From: Fibrobacter sp.
Lineage (GTDB): Bacteria > Fibrobacterota > Fibrobacteria > Fibrobacterales > Fibrobacteraceae
Reading direction: 5' to 3'
Assembly (NCBI GenBank): GCA_024398835.1
Contig: JAKSIK010000012.1
Location: 4,540-68,539, forward strand
DNA length: 64,000 bases
This document shows, piece by piece, positions 18,690 through 28,168 of this stretch. Numbering within the stretch: position 1 is the first letter of the stretch; the number at the start of each line of letters is the position of its first letter. Made by a program: the position numbers and the translations under genes. The notes under the pieces are model-generated. The model searched no databases. It saw nothing but the letters and a program-made list of their open reading frames with translations, and was not told where the DNA came from.

Positions 18690-20225
18690 ATGGAACAGCA
18701 AGTTGTAGAAACTTGGATTTTCGCCCACGGCACATTCTGGGCACTGGTACCACCCATTGTGGCAATCCTCCTCGCCCTCATTACTAAGGAAGCCTATTCC
18801 TCCTTGTTCTGCGGTGTTGTCATGGGAGCCCTGTTTATCAGCCAGGGAAGTTTCCCCGCCTTCTTGGACGCCGTATTCAAAGACGGCATGATTAAGCAGG
18901 TCAGCGACCCCTGGAACGTCGGTATTCTTTTCTTCCTGGTCATCCTAGGCACCATGGTCGCCCTGATGAACAAGTCCGGCGGATCCGCCGCTTTCGGTAA
19001 CTGGGCCAAGACCCACATCAAATCTAAGGTTGGGGCCCAGGTTGCAACCATCTGCCTTGGCATTCTCATCTTTGTGGACGACTACTTCAACTGCCTCACC
19101 GTAGGTAGTGTGATGCGCCCGGTCACCGATAAGTTCAAGGTGAGCCACGAAAAACTCTCCTACCTCATCGACTCTACCGCCGCCCCTATCTGCATTATCG
19201 CTCCCATCAGTTCCTGGGCGGCGGCTGTGACGGGCTTTGTAGATGGCGAAGACGGACTGGGACTCTTTGTGAAGGCCATTCCCTACAACTTCTACGCACT
19301 CCTCACCATCGTGGCCCTCTTCGCCATCGTTTTGATGAAGGTGGATTTTGGCCCCATGAAGAAGTTTGAAAACGCAGAACAGATGATTGACGAAAAGATG
19401 AAGGACATCGCCCCCGCTGAAGGTAAGGGCGGAATCCTGGACCTTGTCTTCCCCATCATCAGCCTCATTATTTTCTGCTTTATCGGACTTATCTATACCG
19501 GCGGATTCTTCAGCAGTGGCGAAGCCCACAAGGGCTTCGTGGATGCCTTTGGCGCCAGTGACGCTTCCGTGGGTCTTGTGCTGGGTAGCTTTGCCGCCCT
19601 CACCTTCACCATCGCTTGGTACTTGACTCGTCGCGTTCTTAAACTCCGCAAATGCCTGGAATGCCTCCCCGAAGGTTTCAAGGCCATGGTGCCCGCAATT
19701 CTCATTCTGGTGCTGGCTTGGAGTTTGAAGGGCGTTACCGATACCCTTGGTGCCAAGGACTTCGTTGCAGGCCTTATCGCCGGCAGTGCCTCCACCTTCA
19801 TGAACCTGATGCCCGCCATCATCTTCCTCATCGCCGTATTCCTGGCTTTTGCCACCGGCACCTCCTGGGGAACCTTCGGCATCTTGATTCCTATTGTAGT
19901 GGCAGCCTTCAGCGGCATCGACTACAACCTGATGATTATTTCCATCTCTGCCTGCATGGCGGGTGCTGTTTGTGGCGACCACATCTCCCCCATTTCAGAC
20001 ACTACCATCATGGCTAGCGCCGGCGCCGAATGCAATCACGTGAACCACGTGAATACCCAGCTTCCCTACGCTCTGGCTGTGGCAAGTGTGAGCTTCGTAA
20101 GCTACATCATTGCAGGCTTTACCCGCAGTGCAGTTCTTTCACTGGTTGTGGGCGTCATCTTCATCATCGGCGGGCTTTTCGCCGTCAAGATGATTTGTTG
20201 GAAGAATGAAGCTGTGCAAAAATAA
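18690..20225 (+). CDS. Na+/H+ antiporter NhaC family protein
   Basis: FVDDYFN, DSTAAP, ATGTSWGTF, GDHISPISDTT, HVNTQLPY motifs. Confidence 0.9.
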   Translation: MEQQVVETWIFAHGTFWALVPPIVAILLALITKEAYSSLFCGVVMGALFISQGSFPAFLDAVFKDGMIKQVSDPWNVGILFFLVILGTMVALMNKSGGSAAFGNWAKTHIKSKVGAQVATICLGILIFVDDYFNCLTVGSVMRPVTDKFKVSHEKLSYLIDSTAAPICIIAPISSWAAAVTGFVDGEDGLGLFVKAIPYNFYALLTIVALFAIVLMKVDFGPMKKFENAEQMIDEKMKDIAPAEGKGGILDLVFPIISLIIFCFIGLIYTGGFFSSGEAHKGFVDAFGASDASVGLVLGSFAALTFTIAWYLTRRVLKLRKCLECLPEGFKAMVPAILILVLAWSLKGVTDTLGAKDFVAGLIAGSASTFMNLMPAIIFLIAVFLAFATGTSWGTFGILIPIVVAAFSGIDYNLMIISISACMAGAVCGDHISPISDTTIMASAGAECNHVNHVNTQLPYALAVASVSFVSYIIAGFTRSAVLSLVVGVIFIIGGLFAVKMICWKNEAVQK

Positions 20226-21105
20226 TCGCCACCATCATTAGGCAGCACCCAACGGCTTCTCGGACTGTGAACCGTTCTCCAAGAACCGCCCAGCCCGAAA
20301 GAACCGCAAATACGGATTCCAAGCTCATCAATAGCGACGCTATGGTGGGCTTTATTTTATCCTGGGCAATAATCTGCAAAGTGAAGGCCACGCCCGTAGA
20401 AAGAATAGCCGCATAAAGTAGAGGAATCCAAGCATCCCATTGAGAATAAACATCTACCGCATGGGCTATAACAGGCGCAGAGAACTTCAAATCAATCGCA
20501 AACATGGGAATGAGCGTGAGAACTGCGCAGACGAAAAACTGAATGCAGGAAAGTCGCACCGGGTCCACCTCACCCACATACCTATCCACCATGAGAATCT
20601 GGACGGAGAAAGCCAAGGCGCAGAGAAGGAGCACTCCATCGGAAATTTCCACCGAGAAATCTCCCTTGACGCAAAGCAGGAACAATCCCACTAGCGTCAA
20701 TAGCACGCAAACCCAAATTCTAAGGGAATTTTTCTTCCCGAGAAAAATGCTGAGTACCGGCACGAGAATGATGTAGCAGGCCGTAAGGAATCCCGACTTC
20801 CCTGCCGAGGTTCCGAGGGACATTCCGAACTGCTGAAAGTTCATGCCAAAGAAAAGTGCTAGGCCGCAAAGTGTTCCCGCCTTCCACAAATGCTTTCGTT
20901 CTGCCGCATTGGCGGGCCGGCGCACCGACTTGTGAATGACATCCAGAAACTTGAAAACCAGTACCAGAAAGGCCGACCCGATAAAGTTGCGGATGCAAGT
21001 GAAGACAAAGGGACCTGCAGAATTTCCTTCTGCCTGGGCCACAAATGTGGAGCCCCAGATAAACGCCGTCAACACTAAAAGAAAACTGTAGCCAAGTTTC
21101 GCCAT
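20185..21105 (-). CDS. EamA/DMT family transporter
   Basis: IWGSTFVAQ, SAGKSGF, SLESVFA motifs; start placed at MAKLG (21105), just after the upstream gene's stop. Confidence 0.88.
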   Translation of the reverse strand: MAKLGYSFLLVLTAFIWGSTFVAQAEGNSAGPFVFTCIRNFIGSAFLVLVFKFLDVIHKSVRRPANAAERKHLWKAGTLCGLALFFGMNFQQFGMSLGTSAGKSGFLTACYIILVPVLSIFLGKKNSLRIWVCVLLTLVGLFLLCVKGDFSVEISDGVLLLCALAFSVQILMVDRYVGEVDPVRLSCIQFFVCAVLTLIPMFAIDLKFSAPVIAHAVDVYSQWDAWIPLLYAAILSTGVAFTLQIIAQDKIKPTIASLLMSLESVFAVLSGWAVLGERFTVREAVGCCLMMVAIIFAQLHSSNKSS

Positions 21106-21106
21106 A

Positions 21107-22159
21107 TCACTTTCTATCCCGCAACTTTGCCAAAGCCAACAGCAACACGCAGGCAACAACGGGCACCACCACATTCCAAGGCGCATGGTAGCGAATGGAA
21201 TTTGGTGTTGCAAACCACAAATACACAAACACGATGTGCGCGCTGTACACGTCCAAACTATGCCGTCCCATCACGTTGGCGAACTTGAAATCCAGAAGGT
21301 TCGGCCATTTCCGCACGATGTAACAAATGCCGAGCATGAATGCAAAGAAGTTTACAAACCGGAGGAGCCCCACATGCACTTTGCTGGTAAAAATTTCCGA
21401 GGGCAGTTCCAGCGAAATGAACTGATGGGACCACAAAAAGCAAAAGATGAGGATGGGGATGAGAAGTGGGCTCAACTTCACAATGGAACGCACCGCAAAC
21501 GGCGCACCCGCAGACTCTTCGGCCCGAGCCCGCTTCCACCAGGCCGCCACCGCAGCACCGCTAAAGTAGACGAACTGCCAGCTGTACGGGTCAAAGTCTC
21601 CATGACTCACCCATGCCGGAAAGAGCCCATTTATCCAACCCTGCAAACCAAACTGCGCTACAGTCCACACCGCTAACGAGGGCAGCCACAAATAGAAAAT
21701 CTGTCGTTTCTTTTTCGCCTTCACAAACAGCGGGAACACGAAGGAGCCAAGCAACAAAAATACCACATACAATGGCAGCACGTCCAGCCACTCCGGCGTG
21801 TGCACCAACAGTAGGCTCCAGAGAATCCCGCCTGCAGGGTTCTGGAAAATGCTTTTGAAATTTCCAAAAATGGAAGGTAGCAGCCAATAGCTCAGCAAGC
21901 ACAATATAAGCAAGGTTGCAATGTGATAACGCCAGGTCTTTAGCGCACGCCATCGCATCCAATGCTGCCCCGGATCCTTGACGCCCTTACTTGTGGCCGC
22001 GAGAATACCAACAAATCCCGACAGAAAAAAGAATCCTTCAGCGGCGCTGAAGAACCCAAAGCACTGGTAGAGATAATGGGAGATGGGCTTCCCGAAATGG
22101 TCCAGAGTCATCTGCAACAGCAGAAGCCCCCGGATGGAATCAAGAGCCCGAATTCGCAC
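21107..22159 (-). CDS. OpgC-domain membrane acyl/succinyltransferase
   Basis: LDSIRG...DH, SAAEGFFFLSG, LDVLPLY, FDPYSWQ, GRHSLDVY motifs. Confidence 0.82.
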   Translation of the reverse strand: MRIRALDSIRGLLLLQMTLDHFGKPISHYLYQCFGFFSAAEGFFFLSGFVGILAATSKGVKDPGQHWMRWRALKTWRYHIATLLILCLLSYWLLPSIFGNFKSIFQNPAGGILWSLLLVHTPEWLDVLPLYVVFLLLGSFVFPLFVKAKKKRQIFYLWLPSLAVWTVAQFGLQGWINGLFPAWVSHGDFDPYSWQFVYFSGAAVAAWWKRARAEESAGAPFAVRSIVKLSPLLIPILIFCFLWSHQFISLELPSEIFTSKVHVGLLRFVNFFAFMLGICYIVRKWPNLLDFKFANVMGRHSLDVYSAHIVFVYLWFATPNSIRYHAPWNVVVPVVACVLLLALAKLRDRK

Positions 22160-22173
22160 GGAGGAATCCTAGG

Positions 22174-23292
22174 TTAGAAATCCGCCCTGCCGCTGATACC
22201 CATTGCAAAATCGGTATCGATGTTATCGCTAAAGTTATAGCCGTACCAGAACACAACTTCTGTGCGCATAGTGGGATAAACATAGAAGTTCATACCCAGG
22301 AAGTGGTAGTCATCCCCATGGACTTCGTCATCCGGGTCGTGATATTCGTAGCTCACGCCGAGAGTCAGTTTTTTGTGGAGATTAAAGCTGGGCTCCACAG
22401 AGAACATCTTCTGGTCATCCGTAAAAATCTGCGGTTCAGCGGCATAGTCTTCATCGGTAATGGCATAGAAATAGCTCATACCCAAGTTGAAGATGGAGTA
22501 GTTAAAGCTAGGTTCCACCAAGAAGGAGTGAACTCCCTTGCCCTTATAAGGGTGGAGGCCCCACACGGCATAGATGCCCCAATTCAACTTCTCGTAACTC
22601 TTGGAGTAGTCCACTTCCGTACCGAGAACGTAGGTGTAGCCACGGCCAATCTCATCACCGAACATCCAGTCCACGCTGGGGGTCAACACCAAGTGTTCAT
22701 CATTTCTGTTCAGGAGAGGCACAGCATAACTGCCATAAAGAGCCATGGTATGGAGCGTATTGTCAGAAGCGCCCATGTAAACGCGGCCCTTGCCATACTT
22801 GTCATTTCCAAATTCGGCACCAACACCGCGAAGACTTTCTTCACGAACAATCACCGCATAACGGGCCGGATCGCGCCAGAAGTAGTAGTTGAAGGAACCT
22901 GCACTATAAGTCAAATCGCCAAAGATGATGCCCACCGCATGAGTCACGTCCCAGCGGAGCTGCACACCATCAAAGTTGAATTCCGTCCAGCGGCCTTCCT
23001 CGTCACCAAAAGCGGTGCTGCGGGCAAAGTCGTGACGGTGAGTCTCGGAAGCATGTGTTCCCGTAGAGTCCGTGTAGGTACTATGGGTGTTAGCCATAAT
23101 CGTCACAGACACATTCTCATCCATGAAGGCCGTGGCAGAGAGGTCGATATCCTGATTGGCCGCATTTTTCGGATCAAAATCACTATCAAAATAGCTGCCG
23201 TAGTCCATGTCTACGGAACCATGAATTTCCACTTCGGCGGCAAAGGCGCAGGCAGCCGAAACCAAGGCTATAGGCAAAATGAAATTGCGCAT
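22174..23292 (-). CDS. outer-membrane beta-barrel (porin-like) protein
   Basis: signal peptide (AFA/A), alternating aromatic beta-strands, terminal Phe (GRADF). Confidence 0.72.
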   Translation of the reverse strand: MRNFILPIALVSAACAFAAEVEIHGSVDMDYGSYFDSDFDPKNAANQDIDLSATAFMDENVSVTIMANTHSTYTDSTGTHASETHRHDFARSTAFGDEEGRWTEFNFDGVQLRWDVTHAVGIIFGDLTYSAGSFNYYFWRDPARYAVIVREESLRGVGAEFGNDKYGKGRVYMGASDNTLHTMALYGSYAVPLLNRNDEHLVLTPSVDWMFGDEIGRGYTYVLGTEVDYSKSYEKLNWGIYAVWGLHPYKGKGVHSFLVEPSFNYSIFNLGMSYFYAITDEDYAAEPQIFTDDQKMFSVEPSFNLHKKLTLGVSYEYHDPDDEVHGDDYHFLGMNFYVYPTMRTEVVFWYGYNFSDNIDTDFAMGISGRADF

Positions 23293-23406
23293 AAATTCCT
23301 TCCAATTAGATTCTTCACAAAAATAGAAAATTTAAGCGGATTGGAAAAGAGAAATAGCCTCCCTTTCGGGCTATTTTGTATTTTTGGGAGCAGTTGCAGG
23401 AGTTTT

Positions 23407-24045
23407 ATGAAATCCCTCGTTTCTTTTGTTTATTGCTTGTTGTTCGCCTTTGTTTTTGCACCGACGGCATTCGCCCTTTCTGCCGACGAAGCCATGGTCA
23501 AATCCCAGAACTGGTTCAAGTCCGGTAAGGCCTGGAATCTGGAATTTCAGGTGCAAGTCTTCTACGCCGACTCCCCCGACATCGCCTCCCAGAAAGGAAG
23601 TCTCCTAGTTGCCGAAGGAGACCGCTTTAAGCTGAACATGGCTGGCATCCAGTTTTACAGCGACGGCGAAACCCTTTGGCAATGGAACATGGAACAAAAG
23701 CAGGTGCTCATTAAAGCGGTGGAAGATCTTTCCTCGGCCCTGCACCCTTCAGAACTTCTATTCAAATACCTGAACTGCAAAGCCAAAGAAATCACGGAGG
23801 CAGAATTCAACGGACAAAAACTGTGGGTACTCAAACTAGACCCATCCAAATATGCAGGCCAGTTTACCCAGATGGAAGTCTGGCTCTCCAAAAAAGACTT
23901 CTCCCCCGTGCGATTGTTCACCGTTGATCCCAGCGGAAACGCCTCCTGGTACAACATCATGAAGTTGAATGTGTTAAAATCCATGAAGGTAGAAGACTTT
24001 CGCTACAAATCCGTCCCCGGTGTAGACGAAATCGACATGCGATAA
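23407..24045 (+). CDS. lolA: outer-membrane lipoprotein carrier LolA family protein
   Basis: AGGAG RBS, signal peptide, SDGETLWQWNMEQKQV and P-x-x-LL motifs; true start inside the 22303 ORF. Confidence 0.75.
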   Translation: MKSLVSFVYCLLFAFVFAPTAFALSADEAMVKSQNWFKSGKAWNLEFQVQVFYADSPDIASQKGSLLVAEGDRFKLNMAGIQFYSDGETLWQWNMEQKQVLIKAVEDLSSALHPSELLFKYLNCKAKEITEAEFNGQKLWVLKLDPSKYAGQFTQMEVWLSKKDFSPVRLFTVDPSGNASWYNIMKLNVLKSMKVEDFRYKSVPGVDEIDMR

Positions 24046-24055
24046 GGATGTTCCC

Positions 24056-25693
24056 GTGCTAGGTTTTCGAAAATTTATTGGGTTGGCATTTACATGGGTG
24101 GTTCTCGGGACAGTAACCGCGGGCTTCGCGGCCACCGAGACCTTGTTCAGCAACTGGGCCCTCTCCGTAGCTCCCGCAGGGAGCGAGGGAGTCCTCTGGG
24201 TTTATTCCCGCGGTGATGTGGCTAGCGGCATCACCCGCATTACCGTCGCCAAAAACAACTCCGGCGACTACGCCAGCATTCGAGTTGTAGAATCCAAGCA
24301 GGAGGCACTTTCAGACTCTGTGTCCGCTATGCAGTCCGGGTTCCTGAACGATAAACTGAGTGAACGCCGGCGCGTAGCGACGGCGGACGCGGGCGACCTG
24401 GGCCGCGTGCTCCCCATGTTCACCTTCGATGACGCGGGCCAGTTCCTGATGCCCACCGGATTTTTCTCTGTCCGCGGCATGGACGCCATTTATGAAACGC
24501 CCGTTTCACAGCCCGTTGTAGCAACTGCTGTGGAATCCTCCATGGATTATGCCACCAGCGGATTTGCCTTCGATAAAAAGAAAAACATTCTGTGGGCGGC
24601 AAACGGCGTTCTCGGCATCCTAAAATATGACATTTCCAAAGGCATCGGCAACGAGCCCAAAATCAGTCACCATCTCTTCAATCGCAAATCTCTGAAATTG
24701 GAGGAATTGGACGAAGACGCCTCCATCGATTTGGAGAAATACACAGCAATTTATGATGTTACTGTAGAAGAATCTACAGGCGATTTGTGGATGAGCACCG
24801 CCAAGGGACTCTGGATTTACAAAGCCGACGGTTCCATCACAAGTGCATCCAAAGCGTTGGAAGAAACTCGCGTCACAGGACTCTGGATGGGAGGCTCTCC
24901 GCTCCAAATAATTGCGGAAACATCTCTCCTAAACGAAGGAGATGTCAAGGGAAGCCTCTGGCGCAAATTCGCCAAAGATAAAGACTTCGCAAAAGTTCCC
25001 TTCCTGAACGCCGCAAAGAAGGCGGAAAAGCGAGACATCTTCGATAAGGAAGACTACACCACCACAGGCGTCGCCTTCATTGGAAATCAGGCCTTCGTGG
25101 GCGTATGGGTTGCAGGCGGTTCCGTCAGCGGCTACCTGAGGCTGGATTCCTCGGGCGTACGCGGATTCACGCTGGACGAGGAAGAAGAAACTCGCTACCT
25201 CCACAGCTTTGAAACAGGCGTTACCGACAGAGACGCCATCATCACCTCCATTACCGCATTCCCCATGGAAGGTGGCACTACTGGCCTTGCCGTTGCAACC
25301 TATGGCAATGGAATTTCCGTTTCTGCAGATACGGGCGCCACCTGGACCCCCATCCTCAACCGCGCAAAACTAAGCGGGAATCTAGGGTCTGTTCGCATGG
25401 TTCCCTCGGTCATTGCCGCCGGCGGAGAATCCCTAGTTTCATACAAAGTAAGCAGAGATTCCAAGATTACAATTGAAGTTTTCAGTTACGACATGAAGAA
25501 GGTGCGGAAGATTATAAAATCCGCTCCGCGCGCTGCCGACGATTCCCGCAGTACCAACGCAAAAGAAGATGTATGGGACGGGTTGGATGATTACGGCAGA
25601 CCCTGCACCATGGGCATCTACTATGTTCGCGTAAAAGACAATCATGGTCACATTGGCTGGGGTAAAGTGATGACCCTGGGAGGTGGCAGATGA
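24056..25693 (+). CDS. secreted beta-propeller protein with C-terminal FlgD-Ig/T9SS-CTD-like domain
   Basis: signal peptide; propeller-type repeats (GDLWMSTAKGLW, SADTGATW Asp-box); IEVFSYDMKKVRK...WDGLDDYG...GIYYVRV. Confidence 0.7.
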   Translation: MLGFRKFIGLAFTWVVLGTVTAGFAATETLFSNWALSVAPAGSEGVLWVYSRGDVASGITRITVAKNNSGDYASIRVVESKQEALSDSVSAMQSGFLNDKLSERRRVATADAGDLGRVLPMFTFDDAGQFLMPTGFFSVRGMDAIYETPVSQPVVATAVESSMDYATSGFAFDKKKNILWAANGVLGILKYDISKGIGNEPKISHHLFNRKSLKLEELDEDASIDLEKYTAIYDVTVEESTGDLWMSTAKGLWIYKADGSITSASKALEETRVTGLWMGGSPLQIIAETSLLNEGDVKGSLWRKFAKDKDFAKVPFLNAAKKAEKRDIFDKEDYTTTGVAFIGNQAFVGVWVAGGSVSGYLRLDSSGVRGFTLDEEEETRYLHSFETGVTDRDAIITSITAFPMEGGTTGLAVATYGNGISVSADTGATWTPILNRAKLSGNLGSVRMVPSVIAAGGESLVSYKVSRDSKITIEVFSYDMKKVRKIIKSAPRAADDSRSTNAKEDVWDGLDDYGRPCTMGIYYVRVKDNHGHIGWGKVMTLGGGR

Positions 25694-26946
25694 ATGCTGA
25701 ATGCAGAATGCTGAATGCGGAATGCCTCCCACACGTCATTGCGAAGAGGCAACGCCCTCCCCTACGTCATTGCGAGCGTAGCGAAGCAATCCATTCGTTG
25801 TCTGTAGATTGCCACGGCCTTCGGCCTCGCAATGACGTTTTATCATCCGCCCCTCGCAATGACGTTTTATCATCCGCCCCTCGCAATGACGTTGGGTTGA
25901 ACTACATAACATTGTGGAAAAAAGCAACCATTTTGTTGTTTTTCATTTTAAGCATTGCGCAGGCGGGTGTTGTGGATAAAAAAGCGGCCTTGGGCGGTTT
26001 TGATGGTTTTGTGGAACGCATGGGCGCTGGCACCCGCGAACTTGGCCGCGGAAACACTGGTTCTGCCGATACCGCTTCCATGCCCGGCGCCTACTGGAAC
26101 CCTGCCATTCTCGGTTTCCGTCAGAATTTCTCCTACACGTTGAATGCAGAGAAACGGGATTTAGACCGCATGGGCGGTTCCCTTGGCATCGAATCCCCTG
26201 TGGGCAAGCGCATGGGCGTAGGTTTTGCCATGCTCTACCGCGGTGATTTGGATTTTGATGTGATTGACGATGACGACCAAACATTAGGAACGGCCACGCC
26301 ATTTTTCTCCATGATGTATCTGGGATTTTCATACCGGGCCACTCGTCGGGATGCCTTCGGTCTTTCCCTCTCCATGAGTTACGACAACTTGGATATTGCG
26401 GATTACTATGATGATGTGGATATTGAAGATGGATTTACCAGTCCCGTCTCCCTGAATTTCGGCTGGCTCCGGCAATGGAACAAGAACTGGTCCACCTCCG
26501 TCATGATTCGAAACATCAGTTTCAGCAATAACCTTTCTGCCCGCTGGACAAAGAACATCAGTTCCGACAACTCCGTGGCCTCCACAGAAGGCCTTCGCCC
26601 GAAAATTCTGCAAATCGGATTAGGCTACCGCTCCGAAATCATGGGCAAACCCGTTTACGCCTGGATGGAAGCTTTAGATTATCAGGTGGCTGATACGCTG
26701 TTAGTTTTTGACCCAGGATGGCATGTATGGACAGGTCGCGTGGGCTTTGAATGCGAAATCATCCCTGAAGGGACCATTCGCGTGGGCATGGACGATTTGG
26801 ACGCCATGCTTGGCCTAGGCTACAAATTCAATGTCCGCATCGGGAAAAAGAAATGGCTCTTTGATGTGAACTACGCCTTGACTTACGAATCGGAAGCGGG
26901 GCTCTGGAATCCCTTGAGTTTTGGGCTGCGAGGCTTTATTCCGTGA
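25690..26946 (+). CDS. PorV/PorQ (FadL-like) outer-membrane beta-barrel; start uncertain (ATG 25690, or TTG 25897/25912)
   Basis: GAGTRELGRGNTG..D.....AYWNPA signature of PorV/FadL N-termini; signal peptide WKKATILLFFILSIAQA. Confidence 0.72.
   Translation: MNAECRMLNAECLPHVIAKRQRPPLRHCERSEAIHSLSVDCHGLRPRNDVLSSAPRNDVLSSAPRNDVGLNYITLWKKATILLFFILSIAQAGVVDKKAALGGFDGFVERMGAGTRELGRGNTGSADTASMPGAYWNPAILGFRQNFSYTLNAEKRDLDRMGGSLGIESPVGKRMGVGFAMLYRGDLDFDVIDDDDQTLGTATPFFSMMYLGFSYRATRRDAFGLSLSMSYDNLDIADYYDDVDIEDGFTSPVSLNFGWLRQWNKNWSTSVMIRNISFSNNLSARWTKNISSDNSVASTEGLRPKILQIGLGYRSEIMGKPVYAWMEALDYQVADTLLVFDPGWHVWTGRVGFECEIIPEGTIRVGMDDLDAMLGLGYKFNVRIGKKKWLFDVNYALTYESEAGLWNPLSFGLRGFIP
25692..25891. repeat. 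heptamer array plus inverted CGTC-REP doublet (REPIN-like) with tandem half-repeats
   Basis: (GAATGCN)5 at 25692-25726; half REP at 25734; left REP 25765-25791; 15-bp spacer; right REP 25807-25837; two 27-bp units to 25891. Confidence 0.92.
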
Positions 26947-28067
26947 TAAAGAATCTTGCCATCCAGAATGTGCGCAGCCTAGCAAACCTCGAATATGAGT
27001 TTTTGCCCGGCATCAACATTTTCTCCGGAGCAAACGGCTGCGGAAAGACCACGGTTCTGGAAGCCATCTACCTGCTTTCCCAAGGATTTTCCTTCCGAGC
27101 GAAAGATTTGAAGGAAATGATTTGCTGGCATGCCGATGGACTTATTTTGCGGGGAGATTTCATCTGCGGCGAAAGCAGTTTTTCGCGGGCAGTAGGCGTC
27201 GACCGCAATAAAATAAGCGCCAAAGAAAACGGTGAAGCATTGCGGTCGCCGGCGGTTTTCTTCGGGAAGTGCCCAGCGGTCATCATGCAGCCCTCGGACA
27301 TTGAACTTTTGCGGGGGGCTCCGGAGGTGCGCCGCCATTGGCTGGATGAAATCCTCTGCTACCGCTCCCCTGCCAATGCGGCGCTACTGAGGCACTACAA
27401 GCGAGTGCTGCAGCAGCGGAACCAGTGGCTCAAGCAGTACAAGCGGGATGGCGCCCCCACCGGCGGCGAAGACTTGTTCCAGGTGCTCACTACCCAGCTG
27501 GTGGATTTGGGCGCCAAGCTGTGGCTCGCCCGACTGAACCTCTCCTGCGAAATCTCGCCCGTGATTACAGATTACTACCGCAAACTCTCCGGCGGTGTGG
27601 ATGCAATTACCTGCGATTACAAAAGTTCTATTCTCAAGGAAGACGGTCTTGCAGATTTTGGCGATACAGGCGTCGTGCCCGACGAAGAAATTTTGCGAAA
27701 GACTTTTGCCTCAAAACTAGCAGGTTTAGAACTTGTGGAAAAGCTACAGGGCCTCACCATGGCAGGCCCTCATAAAGACGATTTGGCGCTCTGCGCCTCC
27801 GGCTACGAAATGCGCTCCGTGGGGAGTCAAGGCCAATGCCGCTCCGCCGCAATCGCCATGCGCTTTGCCGCAGTCGATGTAGCCTCCCATTATGTGGGCA
27901 AGCCAGTCCTACTGCTGGATGATATTTTTGCGGAACTAGATGTAAACCGCCGAGACGCAGTAGCCTCCCTGATTCGCGAAAAAGACTGCCAGGTCTTTAT
28001 CGCAACACCTCAGGCAGAAGAACTCCCCTTCACCGCCGACAAACATTTTTCTCTTGGAACCTTCTGA
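26943..28067 (+). CDS. recF: DNA replication/repair protein RecF
   Basis: GANGCGKT Walker A, GPHKDDL, GSQGQ, PVLLLDDIFAELD. Confidence 0.95.
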   Translation: MIKNLAIQNVRSLANLEYEFLPGINIFSGANGCGKTTVLEAIYLLSQGFSFRAKDLKEMICWHADGLILRGDFICGESSFSRAVGVDRNKISAKENGEALRSPAVFFGKCPAVIMQPSDIELLRGAPEVRRHWLDEILCYRSPANAALLRHYKRVLQQRNQWLKQYKRDGAPTGGEDLFQVLTTQLVDLGAKLWLARLNLSCEISPVITDYYRKLSGGVDAITCDYKSSILKEDGLADFGDTGVVPDEEILRKTFASKLAGLELVEKLQGLTMAGPHKDDLALCASGYEMRSVGSQGQCRSAAIAMRFAAVDVASHYVGKPVLLLDDIFAELDVNRRDAVASLIREKDCQVFIATPQAEELPFTADKHFSLGTF

Positions 28068-28075
28068 ACAATGTT

Positions 28076-28168
28076 TCCCTACGTCATTGCGAACCTCTTC
28101 GCTCCCTACGTCATTGCGAACCTCTTCGCTCCCTACGTCATTGCGAACCCCGCAGGGGTGAAGCAATC
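28076..28168. repeat. left arm: two 27-bp half-REP units plus full CGTC REP
   Basis: CGTCATTGCGAAC at 28082, 28109 and 28136; full REP 28136-28168 overlaps the nuclease stop codon by one base. Confidence 0.95.

Noticed and set aside
22303..23406. 580-aa ORF 22303..24045 as one protein
   Set aside because: The first ~370 codons are the antisense shadow of the porin gene. The real gene starts at ATG 23407 with an RBS and signal peptide.
28076..28168. 27-bp periodic units as a CRISPR array (also 25838-25891, 28519-28572 and 34-93)
   Set aside because: The intervening sequences are identical or nearly so and too short to be spacers, and there are no cas genes. These are tandem REP half-copies.
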